DNA of 61,900 nucleotides, filler included, from Octopus bimaculoides (GCF_001194135.2; 4 parts of 4 records of this genome joined end to end with filler, not necessarily neighbours in it), one strand, 5' to 3'; positions 1 through 11,167 are shown, counted from the whole stretch's first letter. Notes: generated from the sequence alone by a model not told the origin. A program made the numbers and translations.

Positions 1-93
1 TCGGTCTCTTTTGCCGAACCACTAAGTTACGGGGACGTAAACACACCAGCATCGGTTGTCAAGCAATGTTGGGGGACAAACACAGACACACAA

Positions 94-128
<35 letters not shown>

Positions 129-296
129 AATATACGACGGGATTCTGTCAGTTTCCGTCTACCAAATTCACTCACAAGTCTTTGGTCGGCCCGAGGCTAT
201 AGTAGAAGACACTTGCCCAAGTTGCCACGCAGTGAGACTGAACCCAGAACCATGTGGTTGGTAAGCAAGCTACTTACCACACAGCCACTCCTACGC
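1..296 (-). mobile_element. SINE family A (octopus-type tRNA-derived SINE with internal microsatellite); 3' end cut by the window edge
   Basis: Reverse complement reads GCGTAGGAGTGGCTGTGTGGTAAGTAGCTTGCTTACCAACCACATGGTTCTGGGTTCAG, then an internal (TG)n, then CATTGCTTGACAACCGATGCTGGTGTGTTTACGTCCCCGTAACTTAG. The same modules recur about 10 times in the window. Confidence 0.9.
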
Positions 297-733
297 TTAC
301 ATACAATATATCGTATATCGAAGGCTATAATTTATACATTTCTCGGTGTCCTTCAAGGTTTTGTCAAAGACGATGGTGTACGACATCAAAATTTGACTGC
401 TATTTCTCGCAAGTTGAGTGTTCATATAAAGGCGGGCCACGATGTCCCGTAAGTTGTTTTGGAGACATGCACGCACGCGCGCGCGCAAACACACTCACAC
501 ACACATACACACACTGATTGAGGGAGAGAGAAAAGGAAGGAAAGAGGGGTCGATAGGGAAAGTGTAATAGAGGGCAGGAGAGAGAGGGGGGACACAGAGA
601 CGAACACAGACATAAACACACACACACACACACATCCATACACAAGCATACACACACATGTATGTGTTTGTGTGTACATGTTTGTAGGTGTGTGTGTGTG
701 GCTGTAAACATGTATGTTATTTTTTTGTTTTAA

Positions 734-1140
734 TTGTTTCAATTATTAAACTGCAGCCATGCTGGAGCACCGCTTTGAAGAAGTTCAGTCGAATAAATCA
801 ACCTCAGTAATTTTTTGTTAAGCCTGGTACTTATTCTATCGTCCTCTATTGCCGAACCGCTACGTTACGGGGACGTAAACATACCAACACAGGTTATCAA
901 GTGGTGGTGGTGGAGTACAAACAGACATAAAGACACACACATGTATATATATATATGTGTGTGTGTGTGTGTGCATGTGTGTGCATGTATGCATACATAT
1001 CAGAGGCTTCTTTCAGTTTCTATCTCTCAAATGCACTCACAGGGTTTCGGTCGGCTCGAGGTTAAGGAGAAGACATTTGCCCAACGTGAGGAGCAATGGG
1101 TCCGAACACGGAACCATGCGGTTGAGAAGCAAACTGCTTA
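734..1140 (-). mobile_element. SINE family A, older diverged copy
   Basis: Aligns by eye with the 50248-50650 copy, including the tail CAGCCATGCTGGAGCACCGC and GGTACTTATTCTATCG and the internal (TA)/(TG) tract. Confidence 0.85.
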
Positions 1141-2031
1141 TATCTATCTATCTATATATATATATATATTATTCAAAAGAATTCCAACTCCGTCTGTTTT
1201 TTATGTTTTTAATTTATATTCTTATAAAATTAATGTGGGATATAGAATATGGAATATATAGTATATATAGTAAAATGAAATGAAGTATTGAATGTCTTAT
1301 TGAATATATGAAATATTGAATATTAAATATTAAATATTAACGGAGTAGTATACTTTCTTGCATTTTAGCAGTCTTCAAGGTCCCATGTTGTGACAGGAAT
1401 GTAAATTATAGGGGTTTAGTTCACAGGTGATCTAAGCGGATAGGTATGTCGGGTAAGAGACAGGAGTTGTGGAACAATGGAACTATTGTAGATTTCCGAT
1501 ACAGCGGATATAGATTTGTTAAAAAGGAAAACAAACAGCAAGGCAAGACTTCTCAAGTGATATCTGTTATTATTATTAAAAATAACCAGATTTTAATAAT
1601 AACAACAGATATTATCTGTCTTGCTTTGATGTTTGTTTTTCTTTTTTAACAAATTTATCTCTCTCTCTCTCTCTCTCTCTCTCTNNNNNNNNNNNNNNNN
1701 NNNNNNNNNNNNNNNNNNNNNNNNNNNNNNNNNNNNNNNNNNNNNNNNNNNNNNNNNNNNNNNNNNNNNNNNNNNNNNNNNNNNNNNNNNNNNNNNNNNN
1801 NNNNNNNNNNNNNNNNNNNNNNNNNNNNNNNNNNNNNNNNNNNNNNNNNNNNNNNNNNNNNNNNNNNNNNNNNNNNNNNNNNNNNNNNNNNNNNNNNNNN
1901 NNNNNNNNNNNNNNNNNNNNNNNNNNNNNNNNNNNNNNNNNNNNNNNNNNNNNNNNNNNNNNNNNNNNNNNNNNNNNNNNNNNNNNNNNNNNNNNNNNNN
2001 NNNNNNNNNNNNNNNNNNNNNNNNNNNNNNN

Positions 2032-2096
<65 letters not shown>

Positions 2097-2224
2097 GACA
2101 GACATACAGACAGACAGACAGACAAATAGACAGATAGATAGATACCCCCCACACACACACACACATAAGTATGTATGCATAGGCAAATATGTATATACAT
2201 AACATTAGAAACATTCTGTGTGTT

Positions 2225-2495
2225 GTCCTACAACAAATATTCTGCTTAATACAGCAGATTTGCTTGTTAGTTGCTTGACAACTGAGCATGTCCCTTGGTG
2301 ACTGATGATATGTGCATCTCTGACCAGGAGCAGGAGTAGTTAAGAAACGTCATAGCCATGTGCTGAGAAGGATCCTTTAGGGTTTGAATAATTAATCCCT
2401 GGAAACATGGACGTTTCGTTCATCACCCTTAAACGAACCTTTTTCAGGTATCTTTTGAGCGGGTGGGCTACTCGACCCGTAAAGAATTCTGCCAG
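2225..2495 (+). mobile_element. Unclassified non-coding interspersed element (family C), older partial copy
   Basis: Collinear with 2625-2890 (CAAATATTCTGCT...GAGCATGTCCCTTGGTG...GGAAACATGG...GGGCTACT). Confidence 0.7.
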
Positions 2496-2523
2496 CTCGC
2501 CGCATTAATGAAAATAATAATAA

Positions 2524-2998
2524 TGCCCTGAGGCAATACCAGGCAGTAGCTCTCTTATGGCTTCTGATCTTAACTGATTGGAAGTGTTATCAGGTACATT
2601 GTTTTGTTTTGGTATAAAAGATGGGCTACAGCAAATATTCTGCTCAATACCACAGATTTGCTTCTCAGTTGTTTGACCTTAACCAGTTGAGCATGTCCCT
2701 TGGTGGCTGACGATATGTGCATCTCTGATCACGAGCAGAAGTAGTGGGGGAGCATCATAGCCATGTGTTGAGAGGAATTCTTTGGGGTTTGAATGATCCA
2801 CCTTTGGAAACATGGGTATTTCGTTCGACATCCTTAAACAAACCTTATTTGTGCTGGATGGGCTACTTAATCGGAAGAAAATTCTAACTGGGCCCCACCT
2901 GCAAGGTTATGCGCTGTTTATTTTGATATAAGATCACCATGTCGCGCACATATGGTTGTGATGCCTGCTGTACCCTTATCAGATGGGTAGATAATAAC

Positions 2999-3053
<55 letters not shown>
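2524..3053 (+). mobile_element. Unclassified non-coding retroelement-like repeat (family C) bracketed by (AAT)n
   Basis: Starts directly after AATAATAATAAT (TGCCCTGAGGCAATACCAGGCAG), ends in a ~55-bp (AAT)n tail, has no ORF, and has a duplicated body at 2225-2495. Confidence 0.7.
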
Positions 3054-3203
3054 GAATGTCTTCCACAATAAGTTAACATCCAAGTACCAAAACTTATAAT
3101 TTGCAGAAAGAAACCCCGTGAGACTTTTGACAACAGGTTGATGTCCGCTCTCACAGAATCAATCGGAGAAAGATCGAAAGCTCTGAGAAGTAAAGTAATA
3201 ATA

Positions 3204-3550
3204 ATCCTTTCGACTTTAGGCACAAGGTCTGAAATTTAAGAGGAGGGGGTTTAGTCGATCACATCGACCCCAATCTTCAATTGGTACTCATTTTATCGAC
3301 TTCGAAAGAATGAAAGGCAAAGTTGATCTCGGCGAAACTTGAACTCAAAACCCTTCTACTATAGGCACAAGACCTGAACTTTCGTGGTGGTGGTGGTGGT
3401 GAGGAAGCTAAGTCAGTTACATCGACCTTCGTGCTCAACTGGTACTTATTTCATCGACCGCGGTGGAATTTGAACGCAGAACGTAATGTCGGACGAAATG
3501 CCGCTAAGCACATTGTCCGGTATGCTAACGATTCTGCAAGCTCACCGCCT

Positions 3551-3602
<52 letters not shown>

Positions 3603-3616
3603 ACTACTACTACTAC

Positions 3617-3680
<64 letters not shown>

Positions 3681-4069
3681 AAGAAGAAGAAGAAGAAGAA
3701 GAAGAGAAGAAGAAGAAGAAGAAGAAGAATGATGATGGTGATGATGATGATTGCTTTTATTTGCCACCAGGGTGAAGATGAGGTGGAGGGGTCAATAACA
3801 AGACATAAAATGCGGGGGTTTTACATATAACGAAATGATAATGATTTCAAATTTTGGCAAAGGCCAACAAGTCCAGTGGGTGGAGGGGGCGGCGGTCTAC
3901 TGGGGTCGATGTAATCGACCCCCAGTACTCAGTTGGTATGATTTTGTCATCCTGGAAGAGATGAACTACAAAGTGAACATCGGCGCTATTTGAACTCAGA
4001 GAGTAAAGACGGACGAAATGCCGCTAACTATTTTGTCCGGCATGCTAACGACTCGGCCATCTCGCCACC

Positions 4070-4071
<2 letters not shown>
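3204..4071 (-). mobile_element. Cluster of three SINE family B copies separated by trinucleotide arrays
   Basis: Reverse complements of AAGGCGGYGAGCTGGCAGAATCGTTAGCA...GAGTTCAAAT...GGGGTCGAT...TTGTGCCTA(T/G)AGTAGAAG at about 3204-3349, 3351-3551 and 3843-4071. Confidence 0.85.
3552..3752. repeat. Compound trinucleotide microsatellite (TAC)(TGC)(TAC)(TAA)(GAA)(GAT)
   Basis: Directly visible consecutive in-register tracts. Confidence 0.95.
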
Positions 4072-4131
<60 letters not shown>

Positions 4132-4189
4132 CTGAAATTTTATTGGGGGTGTGGGGTTAGTGATGTCATTGTTGTTATTGTTGTTGTTG

Positions 4190-4600
4190 CACTTGTTGTT
4201 TAACCCCTGGCCAAATCTGACCGAGAAGACTTATGATCAAAGGCGTTCCAACACCATGACCATTCCATCTTAAATTTAATTGAATATTTTTGAATTAGTG
4301 TGTAGGTTTGCAGTGTTTGGCTACTATTTCTAGCTTGTCAAGGACTCAGTTCTCTGATCGGGTCGCTTTTGTTATTGTAGTAGTTGTTCAACTCTAGGTC
4401 AACCCTCTGATCAAATTTATTCCAGCCGTGACCATCGCTTGTGAAGAGAACAGAGAAACCAAGAACACATTATCAAATCTAACACGTCCTTTAAAATGTG
4501 TGTGTGTACGTGCATGTATGATTGAAGGAAGATTTGGCTGCTATTACTAGCAAATTGAGTGACCACACGGAGATGCCCTCATTGATTCGCGTAGGACAAA
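4190..4600 (+). repeat. Fragments of a short interspersed repeat (TTTGGCTGCTATTTCTAGC motif)
   Basis: Motif variants at about 392-420, 4315-4345, 4530-4590 and 5665-5720, plus a duplicated TTGTT(T/C)AAC...GGTCAA module at about 4195 and 4385. Confidence 0.5.
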
Positions 4601-4699
4601 GATTCATTTAAAGGACAGAAAAACAAGGGTGTCCCCGTGTGAAGGGGTGGGGAAGGCCAGGGGTCACCTAGCCGTCAAGGGCCCATAACCTGCCGATAT

Positions 4700-4841
4700 T
4701 TGTGTGTGTGTGTCTGCACGTCTGTGTGTGTGTATATGTGTGTAGGTGTATGTGTGTATGTACTTGTGATTGTATGTGTGAGTGTGTATATTTGTGTGTG
4801 TGTGCGTGTGTGTGTATGTGTGTGTGTGTGCGTGTGTGTGT

Positions 4842-4888
<47 letters not shown>

Positions 4889-4986
4889 CGGGTATTTACT
4901 CAACATAACATAGCACTTCTGTCCAGTGAATATTCTGCAGCTAGTGCACTAGTGCACTCACACACACACACAGACACACACATACA

Positions 4987-5029
<43 letters not shown>

Positions 5030-5137
5030 AGGCTCACGCATGGATATACTGACATATAAGTATGTACACACACAGAAATAGACAGATAGATAGATAAACA
5101 GACAGATAAACAGACACAGACAGACAGACAGACAGAC

Positions 5138-5180
<43 letters not shown>

Positions 5181-5328
5181 AATAGATAGATAGATTGCCT
5201 CATTTTTAGTACAATGGTAGGGCACATATATACATATATATATATTATATAAGTATGTACATATACATACACGCATACATACATCATACACACATACACA
5301 CGCACACACACACGCATACATACATATA

Positions 5329-5411
<83 letters not shown>

Positions 5412-5487
5412 ATACATATAGATACATTTACACGCATATATAGTGAGATAGACAGACGGACAGATGGACAGACAGTTAGATAGATAT

Positions 5488-5557
<70 letters not shown>

Positions 5558-5600
5558 GGACAGATGGACAGACGGACAGATGGACAGATGGACAGATAGA
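4700..5600. repeat. Compound di-/tetranucleotide microsatellite field (TG, AG, CA, AGAC, AGAT, TA)
   Basis: Directly visible. Confidence 0.95.
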
Positions 5601-5931
5601 TTAACTGATCCCGTCGTATTTAGTGCAACGGTAGGTGATGCGGGTGAGTGGAAACTTGAATGAGATTTAGCGGCTATTTCTAGCAAATCAGACAGTCACG
5701 TAAAGATTATCTCATTGGCTCGTATAGGGTCAAGATTGATTACAAATAAATAAATAATAAATAAATAAGGCTGTGGGAGAGGAAAGAGTGGTTGTGGGTC
5801 CCTTGGACAGCACAGCGTTCACACACTTAAAAGCAAACACACAAACACACACACACACACACACAGGTATATATATATATACACACACATACGTCTACAT
5901 ATGTATGTATATATATTTATATGTATGTAAG

Positions 5932-5978
<47 letters not shown>

Positions 5979-6489
5979 NNNNNNNNNNNNNNNNNNNNNN
6001 NNNNNNNNNNNNNNNNNNNNNNNNNNNNNNNNNNNNNNNNNNNNNNNNNNNNNNNNNNNNNNNNNNNNNNNNNNNNNNNNNNNNNNNNNNNNNNNNNNNN
6101 NNNNNNNNNNNNNNNNNNNNNNNNNNNNNNNNNNNNNNNNNNNNNNNNNNNNNNNNNNNNNNNNNNNNNNNNNNNNNNNNNNNNNNNNNNNNNNNNNNNN
6201 NNNNNNNNNNNNNNNNNNNNNNNNNNNNNNNNNNNNNNNNNNNNNNNNNNNNNNNNNNNNNNNNNNNNNNNNNNNNNNNNNNNNNNNNNNNNNNNNNNNN
6301 NNNNNNNNNNNNNNNNNNNNNNNNNNNNNNNNNNNNNNNNNNNNNNNNNNNNNNNNNNNNNNNNNNNNNNNNNNNNNNNNNNNNNNNNNNNNNNNNNNNN
6401 NNNNNNNNNNNNNNNNNNNNNNNNNNNNNNNNNNNNNNNNNNNNNNNNNNNNNNNNNNNNNNNNNNNNNNNNNNNNNNNNNNNNNNNNN

Positions 6490-6521
<32 letters not shown>

Positions 6522-6909
6522 TCTTTACATATACTCCGAGGTTTCTCTCGCCCTTGTCTTGGCTCTTTGTGATTTAATCTTCAATTTTCCCCTTTTGTTT
6601 TTATTCTTTTCTCTTTTGCTTTCTTTCTTTCCTCTATCGTGTTATATTGTATGTATATTGTATGATATTGTGTGTTATCGCTTGATATCGCACATCTTTC
6701 TTCTCTCTCTTTCTGTTTCTCTGTCTCACACAACTATATAAGACACACACACCCATAAATACACAAACGAGAACACATGCGCACATATACATGCGCGTAC
6801 ACATACGCACATACGCAACGTATATAGAAAGCAGCCATACATTAAGTAGTAAAACTAATGGGCTATTTTTAGCAAGAATATTTTGGTCACGCCCACCAGT
6901 CAGGAAGAC

Positions 6910-6948
6910 GCACGGTATCATCACCAGCACCAGCACCGCCACCAGCAC

Positions 6949-7003
<55 letters not shown>

Positions 7004-7439
7004 TCCATCATCATCATCATTGCCAACATCTTCGACGTCATCATCACGACCACCACCACCACCACCAAGGGTACCACCAGCAGCAGTAGCATCATCATCA
7101 TCAGCAGCAGCAGCAACGCTATCACGATCATCATTAACATCATCACTTTCACTTTCACTTTCACCATCATCGTCGCCGTCGCCGTCGTTGTCGTTGTCGT
7201 TGTCATCATCATCATCATTATCATCATCATAATCGTCATTAGCAGCAGTAGCAGTAACAGTAGCACCACCACCACCGCCACCGTCAGCAACAACACTATC
7301 ATCACCACCACTGCCACCACCACCACCACCATTTCTGATGAATCGTTGTCATCGTTGTCATCACAATGACCACCACCAGCAACCAGCATTATCATCATCA
7401 ATATTTATGCAACTACTACTACTACTAGTGACATCATTA

Positions 7440-7470
<31 letters not shown>

Positions 7471-7489
7471 TATCATCATCATCATCATC

Positions 7490-7550
<61 letters not shown>

Positions 7551-7636
7551 CATCATCATCACCATCATCATTATCATCATCATCACACTCATCACCATCA
7601 TCATCACCATCATCATCATCATCATCATCATCACAC

Positions 7637-7701
<65 letters not shown>

Positions 7702-7715
7702 GGCAGTAGCAGCAG
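6910..7715. repeat. Long compound trinucleotide array (CAT/CAC/CAG/CGT)n
   Basis: Directly visible; it explains the poly-H/I/M/S ORFs in the track. Confidence 0.95.
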
Positions 7716-7944
7716 TAGCAATAGCGATATGTCGATATTAATATCGCTATTGCTATTATTAGTCTATAACAGAATTAAGTAAAGTGATGCTTATAATAAT
7801 ACCTTGTGTTATATAGTTTACCTCATCCGTTACATTCTCAGTTCAAATCTCGCTAAGATCCATTTTGCATTTTATGCTACATGGGAGATCGATGAAAATA
7901 AGTACCAGCCTAGTAACGTGGTTCGATCGTGACCGCACCTTTTG

Positions 7945-9000
7945 CCTCCAGTTTGTGGGCTCTTGTGATTCTCTTCTCAACACAAGAGTCAAAGATTTTA
8001 GCAAAGGTGCTGGCCAAGAGGCTGGCGTTTGTTGTTGGTAGTGATGTCAGAGACGCTCAAACCTTTGCGATCCTCGGCAGGTCTACGACAACTTCGGTGG
8101 AGACGTTGGTTTCGTAGTTAGGGTCGTTGGATTCATGATCGTAAGATTGTGGTTTCAATTCTTGGACCGGGCGACGCGTTGGGTTCTTTAGCAAAACCCT
8201 TCATTTCACATTGCTCCCGGGCAATCAGCTGGCAAAAATGAGTAATCCTACGACGGACCGACCGGCGTCCCGTCCAGGGAGGAATAAATACGCCAGAGAA
8301 ACCGAGAAACCGGCCCTTATGTGTTTGTACGAGCTTTATCCTATCCTATACGACAACTTCTGCTTCGAGGTGCATCGTACAAGGAGTTGGGAACATATCC
8401 GACTTTGATAAAGCACCGGCTTTTGACAGGGTGGGGCCATTGCCATCTGGTGGGTGTCTTAACAACTGTCAGTTTTGGTCGCGTCTTCAGCGGCATCTAC
8501 TCGATAATCAAATTAATCGGATACCTCTCGTAGTTTTTCAGGATCAAATGCTTAGTCTGCCAGGGATGTACCCTCTCCCCGCCTTTATAAGTTTGGGCGT
8601 TGAAACATTTGTTGCGACGGCTGGAGAGTTTTAGGGATATCTAGCAGGGACTAGGTCACACGAGAGTCGTGTTTGCCATAGACAGACGGCGTCACTATCA
8701 TTGTGCCGGACATTTCGGATATAGCTGCTGCATCATGTAAGACGAATCCAGCTGTCCGTCGAGTGTACAGTGAAGATCGACGCAGCAACTTCTTTTAGAA
8801 GAGAAGGAAAGCAAATGTTTCTCTGCTTTGTGGCTGTGGCAAAAGAGGCTGTGTGGTGGACCTGCGTGAAAGGCTTGAAGACAAGTATTTTCCTGCCCGG
8901 CCAAGCTCTTATCAGTTTCTTCAAATACCATTTGAAGAGGAAGGTGAGGTAGAAAGGGAGGTGCTGCCTTCAAGTGTGTTTATCAAAAGGGGGACAGAGG
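7945..9000 (+). pseudogene. Degenerate, internally deleted L1/Tx1-clade non-LTR retrotransposon ORF2 (RT and C-terminus)
   Basis: Translated fragments: SKILAKVLAKRL (RT domain-1 region), AFDRV (~8417), CQGCTLSPPL (cf. QGCPLSP), TDGVTIIV (cf. YADDVT), and C-terminal FFKYHLKRKVR. Multiple frameshifts and stops. Confidence 0.75.
8105..8325 (+). mobile_element. tRNA-headed SINE inserted into the L1/Tx1 remnant
   Basis: Degenerate tRNA-like head (GTAGTTAGGG...GGTTTCAATTC), then GGGTTCTTTAGCAAAACC...CAGCTGGCAAAAATGAGT and GGCGTCCCGTCCAGGG. It interrupts RT homology. The head resembles 41935-42250. Confidence 0.65.
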
Positions 9001-9572
9001 CTGACAAAAGGATTTTTTTTTAATGGTCTTTTTTTTGTTTTTTGGATGTGTGGGGGCAAAATTTTATTTTTCTCCCACATCAGCAGCAAAAAAACAAAAA
9101 TGACCGTGAACATTTACTGCCACAGATTAGTCGATTTGTTCGACCAAAACCCTTCAAGGCAGTGCTCCAGCATGGCCGTAGCCCAATGGCCGAAAACAAG
9201 TAAAAAATAAAGAAAAACGAAAATAGATTTTTTAAAAAAGCAATCAAAAAGAAGACAATGAAAGTTTCAATAGCGATTCACTTCTCGTGAAGAGGAGAGG
9301 TTCTCTCGTGAGAGGGCCAACTCCCATGTAGGAAAAGTTAACTCTCAGAAAGGGAATCACCTCTCAGGTGAGAAGGAGTTCCTCTCTTATGAAATGGTAC
9401 ACATTTCGAATGAGGAGAAATCCATTATTAACCTGTATGAAACAGTCTTCAAAGCCATTCGAAAGGTTAACAGCTCTTCGAGAAAATAAGAACCCAATGC
9501 TGCACACACAAGGTGAGTGTAGTCTTCCATTTTATTCGTGACAAGCTACCCCGAAAGACCGTTAAGATTTGC

Positions 9573-9748
9573 TCCTTTAGCATTTAAACCAGCCATATCC
9601 AGCCCAAATATCCTGTCCATTTTATGTTCAATCCAACCAGATCCGGCTTCTCACTCCTCCCTTCAAATTACATCATCGAAATTTCAAAGCGACGAGGTAA
9701 TGCATGAGTGATATAATACAATGTGAATACATATTACATTTGACAGAG
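9573..9748 (+). mobile_element. Truncated MITE resembling a common octopus piggyBac-type (TTAA) non-autonomous element
   Basis: Begins CCTTTAGCATTTAAACCAGCCATATCC and ends ATTACATTTGACAGAG where a SINE tail starts. The call rests on recalled similarity; the right TIR is absent. Confidence 0.45.
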
Positions 9749-9761
9749 TGTGTGTTGTGTG

Positions 9762-9873
9762 TGTTGGCACTCCGTCGCTTACGACGTCGAGGGTTCCAGT
9801 TGATCCGATCAACGGAAAAGTCTGCTCGTGAAATTAACGTGCAAGTGGTTGAGCACTCCACAGACACGTGTAC
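9762..9873 (-). mobile_element. 3' module of a different octopus SINE (family D) fused to a family A copy
   Basis: Minus strand reads GTACACGTGTCTGTGGAGTGCTCAACCACTTGCACGTTAATTTCACGAG...CCCTCGACGTCGTAAGCGACGGAGTGCCAACA followed by a (CA/CAA) tail. Confidence 0.7.
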
Positions 9874-9981
9874 TTATTCTATCGGTCTCTTTTGCCAAAT
9901 CGCTAAGTTACGGGAACATAAACACACCACCATCGGTTGTCAAGCGATGTTGGGGGGACAAACACAGACAAGCACAAGTAT

Positions 9982-10014
<33 letters not shown>

Positions 10015-10188
10015 CATATATACGACGGGCTTCTTTCAGCTTCCATCTACCAAATCCACTCACAAGGCTTTGGTCGGCCCGAGGCTATAGCAGAAGAAGA
10101 CACTTGCCCAAGATGCCACGCAGTGGGAATGAACCTCGAACCATGTAGTTGGTAAGCAAGCTACTTACCACACAGCCACTCCTGCGCC
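9871..10188 (-). mobile_element. SINE family A (head to AAGTAC; normal tail replaced)
   Basis: High similarity to 1-296 and 50248-50560. Confidence 0.9.
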
Positions 10189-10208
10189 TGTATATTGAGT
10201 AACAAACT

Positions 10209-10294
10209 TCTATAATAATAAATGCGAAATTCTGTCTGTCCGTCCGTCTGGGGCCCCTTTAGCTCAGTCTTCATTTGCTCTACATAGACATCTT
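10209..10294 (+). mobile_element. Possible 5' end of a non-autonomous Helitron
   Basis: TCTATAATAATAAATGCGAAATTCTGTCTGTCCGTCCG resembles the TC-start plus (TGTC)n pattern of metazoan non-autonomous Helitrons. The 3' end is lost in the gap. Confidence 0.35.
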
Positions 10295-10394
10295 NNNNNN
10301 NNNNNNNNNNNNNNNNNNNNNNNNNNNNNNNNNNNNNNTTAATTAATTAANNNNNNNNNNNNNNNNNNNNNNNNNNNNNNNNNNNNNNNNNNNN
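10295..10394. other. Scaffold spacer 44N-TTAATTAATTAA-44N (also 37561-37660 and 51754-51853)
   Basis: Three identical 100-bp constructs; the 12-mer has stops in all six frames. Assembly artefact. Confidence 0.9.
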
Positions 10395-10480
10395 GTAGTC
10401 GACAAAATCAAAAACAAATAATGCGCATGAGCGAAATTAAGAATATAAAATGGCAACAATTTACCCATCGCACCCTGTAA

Positions 10481-10551
<71 letters not shown>

Positions 10552-10572
10552 CATATGTATATATATATAAAG

Positions 10573-10899
10573 AAATTCATAAGAGTGGTACAACGTAAAT
10601 CTGATTAGTCCTCATCAGCTGCATTTACCTAGACAATATTTCAAATGTTGCCACATCAATGCCAAGTATACTCGCCCGAACATATTTGAAGAGTCTGAAA
10701 CCTGGGTACTGCATTATCCTTAATCTGGGTTGTCAATTTTCGAATGTTCTTCCTAAGGTAAGACAAGTTTTTCGTGTTTGTTGCACACAAACATTTTTGC
10801 CAGTATATACGCAGTGAAGCTATACAATAGCGTCGTATTTATATCGATTGCTATTGTCCAACAAATATCGGTGCCTTGTTGTACCACTCTTATGAATTT
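10573..10899. mobile_element. 327-bp element with perfect 22-bp terminal inverted repeats, flanked by (TA)n
   Basis: AAATTCATAAGAGTGGTACAAC at 10573-10594 and its exact reverse complement at 10878-10899. Confidence 0.7.
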
Positions 10900-11127
10900 A
10901 TATATATATATATATATATAACCTTATAAGGCTATTTTTTGCTGGAAATTAATACATTTGTATTGAAATATTTTTCATATATATATTTATATATATACCT
11001 GATCATGCTCACAGCCTCTGGCTAAAATAAATAAAATAAAAACAACAATAAAATAATACTCATACACATACGCGCATATTTGTTTATTTCGCATTCCTTC
11101 AGTTCCGTGTAAGCGATCTTTTTTGTT

Positions 11128-11167
<40 letters not shown>

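Noticed and set aside
2705-2765. CTGACGA/CTGATGA in family C as a hammerhead core
   Set aside because: No properly placed GAAA (GAAG instead) and no stems I or II.
4941-4958. AGTGCACTAGTGCACT palindrome
   Set aside because: Simple 8-bp duplication of a palindromic word.
6634-7401. 255-aa and overlapping His/Ile/Met/Ser-rich ORFs
   Set aside because: Translations of a trinucleotide array that is open in several frames and on both strands.
10339-10350. TTAATTAATTAA palindrome between N runs (also 37605-37616 and 51798-51809)
   Set aside because: Identical 44N+12+44N construct three times; a scaffolding spacer with six-frame stops. True distances across these gaps are unknown.
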